From: Octopus sinensis
Taxonomy: Eukaryota
Direction: 5' to 3'
NCBI RefSeq assembly: GCF_006345805.1
Contig: NC_043005.1
Coordinates: forward strand, 101,184,001 to 101,248,000
Length of the DNA stretch: 64,000 nucleotides
The notes beneath the pieces were generated by a model. The model was not told the DNA's origin. It searched no databases and saw only the letters and a list, made by a program, of their open reading frames with translations. Of the stretch, positions 24,346 through 36,870 are shown piece after piece (position 1 is the stretch's first letter; each line of letters opens with the position of its first letter). The position numbers were made by a program, and so were the translations under genes.

Positions 24346-25309
24346 AGAACAAAACAGAATAGCTGTTAGATTAACATTGTTTATCCGGAATAATTTCATA
24401 ATAAAAATAGCAATTAATTTCAGAGTAGAAGATAAAACATAGTATTATTTCAGCAGAAAGGATGATACTGGTGATGGTAATGATAATAATAATAATAATA
24501 ATGATACTTATAACAATACTAATACTTCTACTACTACTAATAATAATAATAAAGATGATGATCATGATGATGATTAAAAACAATGATAACAGAAATTACA
24601 ATTACTTCATTGATTAAATAACTTATGATTAAATATGAAAGCACCCCACCCACCCCATTCCCTCACACAAAAAACAGTTTTCAAGTAGGCAGATTAACGA
24701 AACAAAACTTAAAATTTATGCATTTCTAAAAATCCTTTGCTAACACATTGGAATCGCAATGCAAAATTTTCTGAAAATGGAATTAGAAATTTCTCAAAGT
24801 TAAATTGATTTATTCTTCAAAATCCCAAAAGATAATATAAATTATTTACCAATCTTCATTGCCCTTGTAGAAACTGTAATCGTATGGAAACAATGACACG
24901 TTGTGGAACAGAATGAAAATTCAAGAAAACAAGCAAAACACAATTTAAAATTCATTATATTAATTGAATGTTCTATGCAGTTCTAGAATCTTGCTAATTC
25001 AAACACTAATTGTATTTAACAATTAAGGATTATCATTAACATTCGTTACATTCAGTTTTGTTTATTAGTTTTCATCTATGCTCAATAATAGTGCAAAGGA
25101 AATATTTACAACATTCCTTTCTCCTCCATAAGTTTTGAGGTTTTTTTGCAAGAATTGGCATTTACGATTGCTGCCCCCCCCCCCACCACCACCACCTCCC
25201 AACAGCAGCAGCAGCAGCACCACCACTGCTGCTGCTGCTGCTGCTGCTACTACTGGTGCTGATACTTAGAGAATATTAGAAATGCTTTAACAACAGGTAA
25301 TAAAATGAG

Positions 25310-26360
25310 GGAAAGATAAAGAGAAAGTGAAAGTAGATTCTCACTAAAGACAAAAGGAGTTGGAGAGGAGGAAGAAGATGAGAGATAGAAATGGAGAGGA
25401 GGCAGAGATGGGAAGGTGGAGAGAAGGAGAGAAAGTAGTGGAACATAGAGGGGAGTTAGAGTGTGTAGAAGAGGGAGAAAGTGTAGAGATGTATTATGTA
25501 GAAAATGAAATGAGAGTGTGTAGAGAAAGGAAAAAGAGTGTGTAAGGAAGTAAGAGGTTATGTAGGGAAGGGTAGAGGTGAGGGGAAGTGACAGTGTTGA
25601 GAAGAGAGAGAAAAGAGAGCGTATCTGTGTAGAGAGAGAGGAGAGATAATATGTAGAGAGAAGAGAGTAAGTGGAGGAGAGGGAAAAGAGGAGAGAGTGA
25701 GAGTATGTGCATGTGTGTGTAGAGAGAGAGAGAAAGAAGAGAAAATGTGTAGAGAGAAGAGAGAGGAGAGAATGTGTGGGCATGTGTGTGTAGAGAGAGA
25801 AGAGAGAAAGTGTGTGTGTGTATGTAGAGAGAGAGAGAAAGAAGAGAAAATGTGTAGAGAGAAGAGAGAGGAGAGAATGTGTGGGCGTGTGTGTAGAGAG
25901 AGAGAAGAGAGAAAGTGTGTGTGTGTGTGTAGAGAGAGAGAGAGAAAGTGTATGTGTGTATGTAGAGAGAGAGAGAGAAGAGAGAGAAAGAGTGTGTGTG
26001 TGCATGCAGAGAGAGAGAGAGAGAAGAGAGAAAGTATGTGTATGTAGAGAGAAGAATACGTAGAGAGAAGAGAGAGTGTGTAGAGAGAAAAAGAAGAAAG
26101 AATGTGTGTGTGTAGAGAGAGAGAGAAGAGAAAATGTCTGTAGAGAGAGAGAGAAGAGAGAGAGTATATATGCGTGTGTGGAGAGAGAAGAGAGTGTATG
26201 CATGTGTGTATAGAGAGAAAGAGAAAAGAGTGTGTGTATGTGTGTGTAGAGAGAGAAGAAAGAGTGTGCAGAGAGAGAGAAAAGAGAGAGTGTGTGCAAA
26301 GAGAGAGAGAGTGCATATGTAATGATAAAAAGGAGAGTGTGTGCGTAGAGAGAAAAGAAC
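25310..26360. repeat. ~1 kb purine-rich GA/GT complex repeat with ~100-bp higher-order duplication
   Basis: gagagagaaagaagagaaaatgtgtagagagaagagagaggagagaatgtgtggg occurs at about 25725 and 25830; source of low-complexity ORFs 25250..26362 and 25558..26442. Confidence 0.85.
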
Positions 26361-26759
26361 AATGTTTCTTATTATGGCCAGGTGTAGGGTGGGGTAGTGT
26401 CCCTGAGAACTGAAAAGGAGGCAAACAAATTGCCTTTGCCATGTTTAATAGAATTAAAGATGGCTTTAAGCTTCAAACTTGCAACAAAATGACAAAGAGC
26501 GAACAATTCCGTGGACGTAGTTTTGTTTTCTCATTTAATAAAGGAGGGAAAATTTCGCTAACATGTTTTTGTTTTTAGTCGGTTGTTGGTGAGCCTGATA
26601 CAGAACAGTGGATTCTGATTATGGAATTGAGTAAACACTACAAACGGTGGAGTGGCCAATAGGTGGGATGCAGGGGCTACGAAGAATGGTAGAGACGATG
26701 GAAGGGAATTTAGTGTATCATCTAAAATGTTTTACAGGCACTCCAAGACTGGAATAGGA

Positions 26760-26995
26760 AGAAATGAAGAGTTGTTTGTTCCTTCTGGGGCCATGCCTGG
26801 CTCATTAGGGCTGGTTTCCCGGTTTCCTTGGAGAATAGGTTCCCCACCTGGACGGGACACCGGTCCGTCGCAGGTGAGCTGCAAGATGCAGGAGGAAAAA
26901 GTGAGAGAAAGTTGTGGCAAAAGATTCAGCAGAAGTTTCGCCATTACCTTCTGCCGGATCCACGTGGAGCCAAGGTGTCCATGGGTTGTTCAAAG
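26760..26995 (-). mobile_element. SINE-D, headless
   Basis: tgtttgttccttctggggccatgcctggctcattagggc matches 28951 onward. Confidence 0.85.
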
Positions 26996-27144
26996 AGATC
27001 AGTGTGACATTTTTCCACTATTCTAAGAATGTTATTTTCATAACATGTTTAGATAAAATGTAGATTGTATCTGTGCGTAGAATGTCGAGGACTGAAGTGT
27101 GGTACAATCTACTTAGAAGTGTTTAGGTTGCATGTGATTGATGT

Positions 27145-27720
27145 TATCATCATCATCATTATTTAATGTCCACTTTACATGCTGATATGGAGTGGACAGT
27201 TGGACTGCAGCTGGCTATTTGAAGAGTTGCCTGGGTTTCACGTTTCTTTTGGCATGGCATCTACCACTGGATGCCCTTCCTAACACCAACTATAGAATGT
27301 ACTGGCGGTGAGCTGGCAGAAACATTAGCACGCCGGGCAGAATGCGTAGCGGTATTTCATTTGTCACTACATTCTGAGTTCAAATTCCGCCGAGGTCAAC
27401 TTTACCTTTCATCCTTTCGGGGTCGATTAAATAAGTACCAGTTATGCACTGGGGTCGATATAATCGACTTAATCCATTTGTCTGTCCTTGTTTGTCCCCT
27501 CTGCGTGTAGCCCCTTGTGGGCAGTAAAGAAATAAGAATGTACTGGGGTGCTTTTTATGTGGCAACAGCACCCAGAAACCTACAAGATTAGAATCCTTCA
27601 GCTGAAGAGGAGTGTAGGGAACATGCCTTTTAGTAAGGACAACCACAATTTTACTTAGCTTGACATGGCTTCTCAAGCACAGCAAACCACCTGAGGAGGA
27701 CTCGGTCAGGAGTTTCATCT
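27145..27720 (-). mobile_element. RTE-tail element interrupted by a + strand SINE-B (27306-27533) with a 12-bp TSD
   Basis: agaatgtactgg flanks the SINE-B on both sides (about 27294-27305 and 27534-27545). Confidence 0.85.
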
Positions 27721-27907
27721 ACACAAGCATGTATGTATAGAGAGAATAGCAAGTATATCATTAATGGGAAGAAAGAAATATGGGACATATCTCTTCAGCT
27801 GAGCAATCCTAATCTTGTTGGCTTTTGTGGATGCTGGTTCCAAACGAAAAGCATTTATGTGTTTTGTTAATCTTAAATGAAATAACACTGTGTTATTTAT
27901 TTATTTA

Positions 27908-28380
27908 AGGTGGAGAGCTGGCAGAAACGTTAGCACGCCGGGCGAAATGCATAGCCATATTTCATCTGCCATTACATTCTGAGTTCAAATTCCGTCAAGG
28001 TCGACTTTACCTTTCATCTTTTCGGGGTCGATAAATTAAGTACCTATTTCTTTACTACCCACAAGGGGCTACACACAGAGGGGACAAACAAGGACAGACA
28101 CACGGATTAAGTCGATTACATCGGCCCCAGTGCATAACTGGTACTTAATTTATCGACCCAGAAAGGATGAAAGGCAAAGTCGACCTCGGCGGAATTTGAA
28201 CCCAGAACGTAATGGCAGACGAAATACGGCAACGCATTTCGCCCGGCGTGCTAACAATTCTGCCAGCTTGCTGCCATCTCAATAAATTAAGTAACAGTTA
28301 TGCACTGGGGTCGATATAATCGACTTGATCCCTCTGTCTATCCTTGTTTGTAGCCCCTTGTGGGTAATAAAGAAATAGAA
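27908..28380 (+). mobile_element. SINE-B split by an antisense SINE-B (28045-28281)
   Basis: The outer copy resumes after the insert; ataaattaagtacc / ataaattaagtaac is a 14-bp TSD. Confidence 0.9.
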
Positions 28381-28384
28381 AAAC

Positions 28385-28602
28385 ATCTATGCTGGTGTCA
28401 CATAAAAGCTCCTATGTCAGTGCTGCACAAAAGCCATCAGTACACTTTGTAAAGAAGCTGGCATTAGGAAGAGCATCAATGGTAGAAACCATGCCATGAA
28501 GTCCAGGCAGGTCTTCAGTTGACCAGCTCCTGTCAAACCGTCCATCTTATACCTGCATGTAAAATGGACATTAAATGATGATGACAACGATGATGATGAT
28601 GA
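28385..28602 (+). mobile_element. Degenerate RTE 3'UTR
   Basis: tgctggtgtcacataaaagc...taaaatggacattaaatgatgatgac. Confidence 0.7.
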
Positions 28603-28950
28603 TTCAGAAGATATCTTTGATGACCAGATTTTATACCGTGAAAGATCTGTCAGGTTCATGAAATCAAGCATGAATAGTGACCATTGACAAACAGTTCAGT
28701 TGGAAACTTTCCAAGCTTTACAGAGCCAAAGTGTTTTGTTAATCTTAAATGAAATAAAACTGTGTTAACTGAATTTCTCAGGTAAGAAACCAGGGACAAG
28801 AACTATGAATGCAAATCTCAGGTAAATTTATAGAAACCATAATAATGATCATTGAAGATCAAAATAGAATTAAAATGATGAGGAAGATGATTACATTTGA
28901 GATGTGAGAAGTTGATGCAATTGAGAACAATTGTTAGTAGTTGGCTGGGT

Positions 28951-29253
28951 TGTTTGTTCCTTCTCGAGCCATGCCTGGCTCATTAGGGTCGATTTCCCGG
29001 TTTCCTTGGCGTATAGGTTCCCCACCAGGACAGGACGCCAGTCCATTGCAGGTGAGCTGCAAGATGCAGGAGGAAAGAGCGAGAGAAAGTTGTGGTGAAA
29101 GAGTCAGCAGAAGTTCGCCATTACCTTCTGCCGGAGCCGCGTGGAGCTTAGGTGTTTCGCTCATAAACACACACATCGCCCGGTCTAAGATTCGTACCCA
29201 CGTTCCCTTGACTGAGAGTCTGCTGCTCCAACCACTAAGCCATGTGCCTCCAC
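28951..29253 (-). mobile_element. Full SINE-D with a 12-bp TSD
   Basis: AGTTGGCTGGGT at 28939-28950 and 29254-29265; tRNA-like head at the right end. Confidence 0.9.
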
Positions 29254-29599
29254 AGTTGGCTGGGTAAGGGAGCTTAATTTTTTGTGAGGACAGAATATTG
29301 GCAACAGCATTGAAGAAGGTTAGACATATACAAAAGTCTTTAAATGTATCGAACACTGACAGAAAGTATATAGAAAAAAAAGTGATAGGAAAATATAGTA
29401 ATAGAAAGAGATGGGAAACGGAAAGTGGTAATAGAAACAGGTAGTAATACAGAAATATAGTCTGAGAATGAGAGATAGTAATAAAGAGAGCTATAGTAAG
29501 AGAGAGAAGTACTAAAAGATAGATAGTAATACATAGAGACAGTAATAGATATGGTAATAGTCACAGCTAAAGGAAAACATAGTAATATATATATATATA

Positions 29600-29860
29600 T
29601 ATAGCCTGTCGTATATATGTATATATATATATGTGTGTGTATGTGTTTGTGTGTCTGTGTTTGTCCCCCCCAACATCGCTTGACAACCAATGCTGGTGTG
29701 TTTATGTCCCCGTTACTTAGCGGTTCGGCAAAAGAGACCGATAAAATAAGTACTGGGCTTACAAAAGAATAAGTCCTGGGGTCAATTTGCTCGATTAAAG
29801 GCGGTGCTCCAGCATGGCCGCAGTCAAATGACTGAAACAAGTAAAAGAGTAAAGAGTATA
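29600..29860 (+). mobile_element. SINE-A 3' half
   Basis: gtcgtatatatg...gtttgtcccccc aacatcgcttgacaacc...gaaacaagtaaaagagtaaag. Confidence 0.85.
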
Positions 29861-29894
29861 TATATATATAGAGAGAGAGAGAAGAGAGAGAAGG

Positions 29895-30122
29895 TAGTGA
29901 GCTGGCAGAAACGTTAGCGTGCTGAGCAAAATGCTTAGTGGTATTTCGTCTGCCGTTACGTTCTGAGTTCAAATTCCGCCAAGGTCGACTTTGCCTTTCA
30001 TCCTTTCGGGGTCTATAAATTAAGTACCAGTTACACACTGGGGTCGATGTAATCGACTTGATCTGTTTGTCTGTCCTTGTTTGTCCCCTCTGTGTGTAGC
30101 CCCTTGTGGGCAGTAAAGAAGT
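29895..30122 (+). mobile_element. SINE-B
   Basis: gtgagctggcagaaacgttagc...gttctgagttcaaattccgcc...ccttgtgggcagtaaagaa. Confidence 0.9.
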
Positions 30123-30168
30123 AAATACATAGATATGGTAACAGTCACAGCTAAAGAAAAATATAGTA

Positions 30169-30169
<1 letters not shown>

Positions 30170-30221
<52 letters not shown>

Positions 30222-31150
30222 TAGATAGATAGATAGATAGATAGAGAGATAGATAGAGAGATAGATAGATAGATAGATAGATACATGGATGGATGGATGG
30301 ATAGATAAATAGATAGAGAGAGAGAGAGTAATAGGAAGTCACAGTCAGTAAGATAGTATGTGAGAGAGAAAGAGGGCTATAGCTTTAAAAAGAGATAGTA
30401 TAAGAGAAAGAGACAGTAGTAGTGAAATAGTGAGAGAGAGAGAGAGAAAATATAAAGAAGATATAATATAAGAGAGAGAACGTATGAGAGAAAGAGTAGT
30501 AGAGAGAAATGGTAGTGTAGAGAGAGATAATGTAAGAGAGACAGAGAGAGGGTTGTATCTGGTGCAAAATATGTATAAAAGAGAGGTTGAAGAAGGAAAA
30601 AATATGTGTAAATGTGAGCATAAAAACAGCAATAGAGAGAGAGAGAGGAAGTAAGACTGATTCAGAGAGAGAGGGAGGGGATAAGACTGATTCAGAGAGA
30701 GAGGGAGTAAAACGAGCAATGTACAGAGAGGTGAGTAGAAGGAGAAATATAGAAAGAGTGGTGTAAAAGGAGCAACATATAGAGAGGGAGAGTAGAAGGA
30801 GCAAGGAACAGAGAGGGGAGGAGTAGAAGGAGCAACATGTAGAGATGGGGGAGCAGAAAGAGCAATATAGAGAGTGGGGTGGAGGAGTAGAAGAGCAACA
30901 TATAGAGAGGGGGAAAGTAGAAGGAGCAATAGCTAAAGAGAAATGGGGAGTAGAAAGAGGGAGCGTATAAAGAAGGAAAGACATAGAGAGAGGAATGGAA
31001 AGAGAAAAAGAATTGTTGGACGGTGGGAGGGGGGATAGAGTAGGAGGGAAGTAAATTGAAAATATGGAAATAGAGTAAAAGAAAGATAGGAGTGATAGGA
31101 GGAGGGAGAATTTGGGGGGTTGAGAGAAAATTAAAATTCATGATAAAAAA
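30170..31150. repeat. (TA)n, (GATA)n and purine-rich GA/GGA degenerate repeat
   Basis: Directly visible; units such as gagtagaaggagcaacat recur at about 20-28 bp spacing in 30730-30960. Confidence 0.8.
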
Positions 31151-31270
31151 AAAAAGCAATCTAGTTATTCATCAATGGTACCCACATTTAATTTCATCTT
31201 AGAATTTCACTGGAAGGCCTAGACATCAAAAATTGTGTGGGTGCACACATGAAAGAGAAAGAGAGAGAGA

Positions 31271-31309
<39 letters not shown>

Positions 31310-32134
31310 CACACATGCGCACACACACACACATTCACACATGCACCTTCTGAACTGTGTCTGTGTGTTACATTTCCCACTTCCAGGAGCCAATGGTAGA
31401 AGAGTGATTAACAGAGAGGTGAATAATTTGTTAAGTTCCACCACATTGCCAACCAACACCCCTGCATGCGTGCGCATATGTGTGTGTGTGTGTGTGTGCG
31501 TGCATGTGTATGTGTGTGTGTGTGTGTCACACAGACACTGTGCCAAGTCAGATTGTATAACATATTTATTATTAGTCTGGGAAGATTACAGACAGAGAAG
31601 GTAGAAAAATATTGTTCAGCCAATAAATAATATATTGTTATTTAGAAAGAATAAACTTCAACAGAGTTCAACATCAATACATACAACCGTTTCTTTGATT
31701 GCATTGGAAGTTACAAGAGACAAAATAGCACATTTTTCCATGCTTCATAATTGAACTCAATTTCCAATCATACTCAATGTAATGAGGAGTAAAGAAACTA
31801 ATTAGCAATTGATTAAATATTAAACTGGTTAAATTACTGGAGCCTCATTATCAAATCAATTTCTGATTTGATTTTTTAAAATTTTTCTTCATTTTAGGAG
31901 TTAATTTTCTTTTGCAGCATCTCTACAATTTTTTCCCCCAAATGGTTTTGCAAATTCATATATTTCTGAAAATTATCATAGCATGTATTTACAAACAGAT
32001 GCCAATCCTTGCAACGGTGGCAGTTCTATTGCGCAAAAAGGCTCTAAATTCATTTAAGTTGATTGTAACAAAACGTTTTAGCTGGCTTCTTCTTTTTACA
32101 AGGTGATGCAACCATAAGCATCAAATATTCTTTC

Positions 32135-32800
32135 ATCATCATCATCATCATCGTTTAACGTCCGCTTTCCATACTAGCATGGGTTGGACGGTTTAACTGG
32201 GGTCTGGGAAGTCAGAAAGCTGCACCAGGCTCAGTCTGATCTGGCAGTGTTTCTACAGCTGGATGCCCTTCCTAATGCCAACCACTCCGTGAGTGTAGTG
32301 GGTGCTTTTTACGTGTCACTGGCATAGGTGCCAGACGAGGCTGGCAAACGGCCACAATCGGATGGTGCTTCTTACGAGCCACCGGCACGGAGACCAGACA
32401 AAGCTGGCAATGGCCACGATCGGATGGTGCTTTTTACGTGCCACTGGCACGGAGGCCAGTCAGGGCGGTGCTGGCTATGGCCATGTTCGGATGGTTCTCT
32501 TACATGCCACCGGCACTGGTATCACACCTACAAATTCCATTGATGTCGATAGATTACGATTTTGATTTTCACATGCCTCAACAGGTCTTCACAAGTGGAG
32601 TTTTGTGTCCCAAGAAGGAAAGGAATGCATAAGTGGGCTGGCTACATCCCAGGTATAGGCCACGGGATTATGGCCTCACTTGTCCTGCCGGGTTATCTCA
32701 CGCACAGCATACTTCCAAAGGTCTCGGTCTCTAGTCATTTCCTTGGTGAGACCTAAAGTTCGAAGGTCGTGCTTCACCACCTTGTCCCAGGTTTTCCTGG
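32135..32800 (-). mobile_element. RTE LINE 3' end
   Basis: Reverse complement of the 5823-6607 family, including the coding tail (ccaaaggtctcggtctctagtcatttcc...ctaaagttcgaaggtcgtgcttcacc). Confidence 0.9.
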
Positions 32801-33014
32801 GTCTTTACGAAAATAAGATTAATAATAAAAACAATTATAATCCTAGATTAAAATCTTCTAATGTACAGTAAGTAGTAAAAAAGTTTGAATGATAATAATG
32901 AAATAATCCACCAGCTTTACTAATCTACTTCAGTTTATATGGTAAAGATATGGAAATTTTATCTGGTTTTTGCAAATGAGAAGTATTTGCTATTTTTAAT
33001 AATTTATGTATTTT

Positions 33015-33215
33015 TAATAATCTGTGCTGGTGGCACGTAAAAAGCACCCACTACACTCACAGAGTGGTTGGCATTAGGAAGGGCATCCAGCTGTAGAAAC
33101 ACTGCCAGATCAGATTGGAGCCTGGTGCAGCCTCCTGGCTTCCTAGACCCTGGTCGAACCATCCAACTCATGCTAGCATGGAAAACGGACGTTAAATGAT
33201 GATGATGATGATGAT
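33015..33215 (+). mobile_element. RTE 3'UTR fragment
   Basis: gtgctggtggcacgtaaaaagcacccactacac...aaaacggacgttaaatgatgatg. Confidence 0.9.
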
Positions 33216-33247
33216 GAATGTGTATCTGAGGAAACAAAATCCAACTC

Positions 33248-33474
33248 TTAAACCATTAGCATTTAAATCAGTCATATCTGGCCCAAACATTCTACATGCT
33301 TTATGTTCAAACTGGCCAGATCTTGATTCTCACACCTACCCTACAATGTCATTCTAAAAGTATACAATTACATCATCAAAAGTTTGAAACTATGAGATAA
33401 TGCATGATTAGTTCAAATCAATCTAATAAACGAAGCTTACATTTGACAAAATAATCTGAATGCCAAAGGGTTGA
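33248..33474. mobile_element. piggyBac-type MITE family 1
   Basis: Ends TTAA-(C)CC.TTAGCATT ... AATGCYAAAGGG-TTRA; further copies at 50576-50788 and 58041-58322. Confidence 0.7.
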
Positions 33475-33655
33475 ACCACCGAACTTCCTCTTCTTCACCA
33501 TTTTCATTTTATATTGGCTTTCCAGAATGTCATGGGCTGGGGTTGTTGCCATGGTTCCAGTTCTGATTCAATGCTACAGCCTTTCCTAGCATGGCTTTCA
33601 CAGTTGAATGCCTCTCTTAGCACCAACCACTTTAAAGAATGTACTGGCTGCACAT

Positions 33656-34005
33656 TACTCTTTACTTGCTTCAGTCATTTGACTGTGGCCATGCTGGAGC
33701 ACTGCCTTTAGTCGAGCAAATCGACCCCAGGACTGCTAAGTTACGGAGACGTAAACACACCAGCATCAGTTGTCAAGCGATGTTGGGAGGACAAACACAG
33801 GCACACAAACACATACACACACATATATATATATATATATATACGACGGGCTTCTTTCAGTTTCTGTCTACCAAATCCACTCACAAGGCTTTGGTTGACC
33901 TGAGGCTATAGTAGAAGACACATGCCCAAGGTGCTACACAGTGGGACTGAACCCGGAACCATGTGGTTCGTAAGCAAGCTACTTACCACACAGCCACTCC
34001 TATGC
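33656..34005 (-). mobile_element. SINE-A (internal deletion)
   Basis: Reverse complement of SINE-A, including the head acttaccacacagccactcc. Confidence 0.9.
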
Positions 34006-34202
34006 ATATGGCAACAACACTAGAAGAGTTGTCATACCTTCAACATTTAAGAGTATTGAGGCCCTCATTTTTATGATGTCACCACTTGTTCATCAACTAC
34101 TTTATTTTCAAAGTGCACTTTGCCTGAATTCATGCTTTTAACAGTTATTTGCTGCTCAAATAATTACATAGATATCTGTCGAAATGTATTGATATTCATA
34201 TT

Positions 34203-34350
34203 CGTTCTGAGTTCAAATTCTGCCAAGGTTGACTTTGCCTTTCATCCTTTTGGGATTGATAAAATGGTACCAGTTGAACAATGGTAGATATGATTGACTT
34301 AACTCCTCTCGTAAAATTGGTGTCCTTGTCCCAAAATTTGAAACTAGTAT
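34203..34350 (+). mobile_element. SINE-E fragment
   Basis: cgttctgagttcaaattctgccaaggttgactttgcctttcatcc. Confidence 0.75.
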
Positions 34351-34599
34351 TAGTGACTTGTGTTACTTAAGTATGATACTCATGTATCACCAGATAATGC
34401 AGCAGCATCAAAGAATTTCTGTTTTATATGGAACTTGGTAAGATTAATTTGATTTAATTCCAACAAATCAAGCCTAATACTGAAAATAATTCCTTGGTTT
34501 GTAAACACAAACGCACACACACATTTATATATATATACATACACACACATACAAATGCTCACACATACACAAAATGAACACACACAAACTTGTGAGCAA

Positions 34600-34981
34600 G
34601 ATGAGGTGGGTGTGTGGGTGGGGAAGAAAAACCCATAGATTATAGTTCTGGGGAGGAAGGATTGCAAATAGCAAGTGCAGAAACGTGATGACAAGAACAA
34701 GAAATGTGAGGCAGAAAAGTGAGGCGGATGGAGAGGATATTCATGTGAATGTCTGTGTAAATTACAGAGAAGACAGTTCGTCTGTGGACTCAGGATGGTA
34801 GTGTGTTCGTGAGTCAGGCAGGGAACCTGCTTTTTAGAGTCAAGTTTAGTGTGACTGTAACAGTAACAGCACCGACTCACTTTTGTGAATAGTAATTCAA
34901 TGCAAGTCACACATGAACTTTGTAGAAGGCCAGCTGTGAAATATTTTCTGCCCTAAAGGGAAAAACCTAGCCCTGGAGAAG

Positions 34982-35018
<37 letters not shown>

Positions 35019-36650
35019 ACCACAACCACCACCAGCAGACAGACAGACACACACACACACACATATACAGATCTCCGTGACAGACTATGGATTGCAAGGA
35101 CTAGAATTTGTAATGACTTTGAGAGTTTCGAATATTGTTGTCATGATTAGTTGATTTACAAGACAGTTCCTCGGGTAATGTAGTGCAATTATTCCTGTAC
35201 TGGTATAAGAGACCAGGCTGTCAGGTTTCTGTGGAAGAATGGTTTCAATGTCTCAGCTCACATCTGTCATGAGATAGAGTTAAGAAAGAGTGAAGGGTGG
35301 AAGCATCTGCATAGAGGTTAGGTCACATACAAAACAAAAGAGGGCTGGTTTGACATGAAACCTTAAGGTACACCAAAACTGAGAGAATCTTGCTTGGAAG
35401 AAGACCAGTCAACGCTCATTGTATTGCAGTATGAAAGGAAATTTCCACCACTTCCAGAGACAAGCAGAAATGAATGAAACACACAATCAAACAATTTGCG
35501 ACCTGATACAGTTGAGAATTTTTATGATGGATCTTTTTGGTTTGAACGGCAGTTTTTAACAAAATTTCTAGGTAACTAAAAAATTTCAAACTTCGTATAC
35601 TGGTAGAATGTGTTTATAAAACATCTTTTTCTCTTGGCTTTATTGAGAAAATTCTATAGTCTGTAAGATATTTGTTTTTTTTTTCTTCAATTTCTGAAAT
35701 TTCAACCAATCAGTGACGTCTATTGAGTTAAAAAGCATTCTGTGCTGTATGAATATGTCCCTCGTTTAAGAAACAGATTGGGTTTATTTACATTTGTGAA
35801 GAAAAAAAGATACCCTTCCCCCACCCCTAACCCTAACCCTAAAAGAGACTGAAATGCAACAGATCGATTCTAGGGTCATAATTATGGGTGACAATTTCAT
35901 ATGACACCACTAGAAAAAACTGCCGTTCAAACCGAAAAGATCCTTTATGATGTTAAGCGTAACAGATTTGCTTTTTCTAAAGTTCTCAAAGAGACAAGTG
36001 AGCATCAAAACAGAGCAAGTCATTGGTAGATTTAGGTCTATAGGGGTGGACACTGAGGAGAGAGAAAGAATCATGGGGTTAAAGGGGGTGATTGTTAATG
36101 ACAGTTTTCATTGAGATGCTGGAAGTGAGGTCAATAGAATATTAGTTGGTAGCATCATAGAGGTTTCTCTTCTTGGTCTTAGGACACACTGTGTTTTCAA
36201 AGAATAACAAGCATAGATTCTTGTAGTTACAGGAGAAATATTGAAGAACTTAATTTGAATAGTATTTGTCTCTGGAATGTACTGTCAGAGGATACTGGAA
36301 GGGACATTCCCATGGTTAGTTGCCTTTTGGAAGATAAATCAACCAGAGATGTTTACACATTTTTAGACCGTGAGGATGATGGAGTGGAGTGAAAATTTAA
36401 AAGAGTTTTATTGAGGGCAAGCAATGCAAATTTGAAAACAATGGGGCAGCACATACAAAGGTTTTGAGCCAGCTGGTGTATGGCTCCTAAGACAGTTATC
36501 AAAATTGGCAGAGATTCCTTTGGCAAGAGACCAAAAGGCTCAGCCTGCTGAATAGCAGGGTTTTGCAAATATGGTAGAAAGAATCTCTGTCAAGGCCAGA
36601 AGGACCAGCTTCAACATATATGCAGATAGTTTAGCTAACACATTGCTAAA
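34600..36650 (-). mobile_element. Degenerate CR1/L2-type LINE remnant, interrupted by a microsatellite and a MITE
   Basis: Minus strand gives ILSTIFAKPCYSAG*AFWSLAKGISANF, a HR...SL.L.Y.Y-like segment near 35170-35240, and YLQSF near 34660. Heavily decayed. Confidence 0.5.
35529..35943 (+). mobile_element. MITE with GGATC-start TIRs and an 8-bp TSD (Merlin-like)
   Basis: TIR GGATCTTTTTGGTTTGAACGGCAGTTTTT; TSD TTTATGAT at 35521-35528 and 35944-35951; internal CCCTAACCCTAACCCTAA. Confidence 0.9.
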
Positions 36651-36870
36651 GATATCACAATACAATATGAAACTATGACAAGTGTTATACCCTAGATACC
36701 CCAGAATACCAGCGATATCAATAAAGATTTCCTGATCATGTTGTATTAAAAATATAAATATATATAAATATATGTAAATATGTATAAGTATTAATATATA
36801 TAATAGTTTAAAAGTTTTGAATTAAGTTTTTAAAGCATCTTACGATCGTTTCACAGAAGTGCTGTCCCTA

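Noticed and set aside
25250-26442. Longest ORFs in the window (370 aa and 294 aa, minus strand)
   Set aside because: Low-complexity L/S/H/T/F translation of the CT/CA-rich strand of a purine tract, which simply lacks stop codons.
26578-26632. SVVGEPDTEQWILIMEL, vaguely kinase-like, after a good acceptor
   Set aside because: Weak donor, in-frame stop soon after, and no other kinase exons found.
35822-35842. (CCCTAA)3 as a telomere or chromosome-fusion relic
   Set aside because: It is an internal part of a dispersed MITE seen three times in the window.
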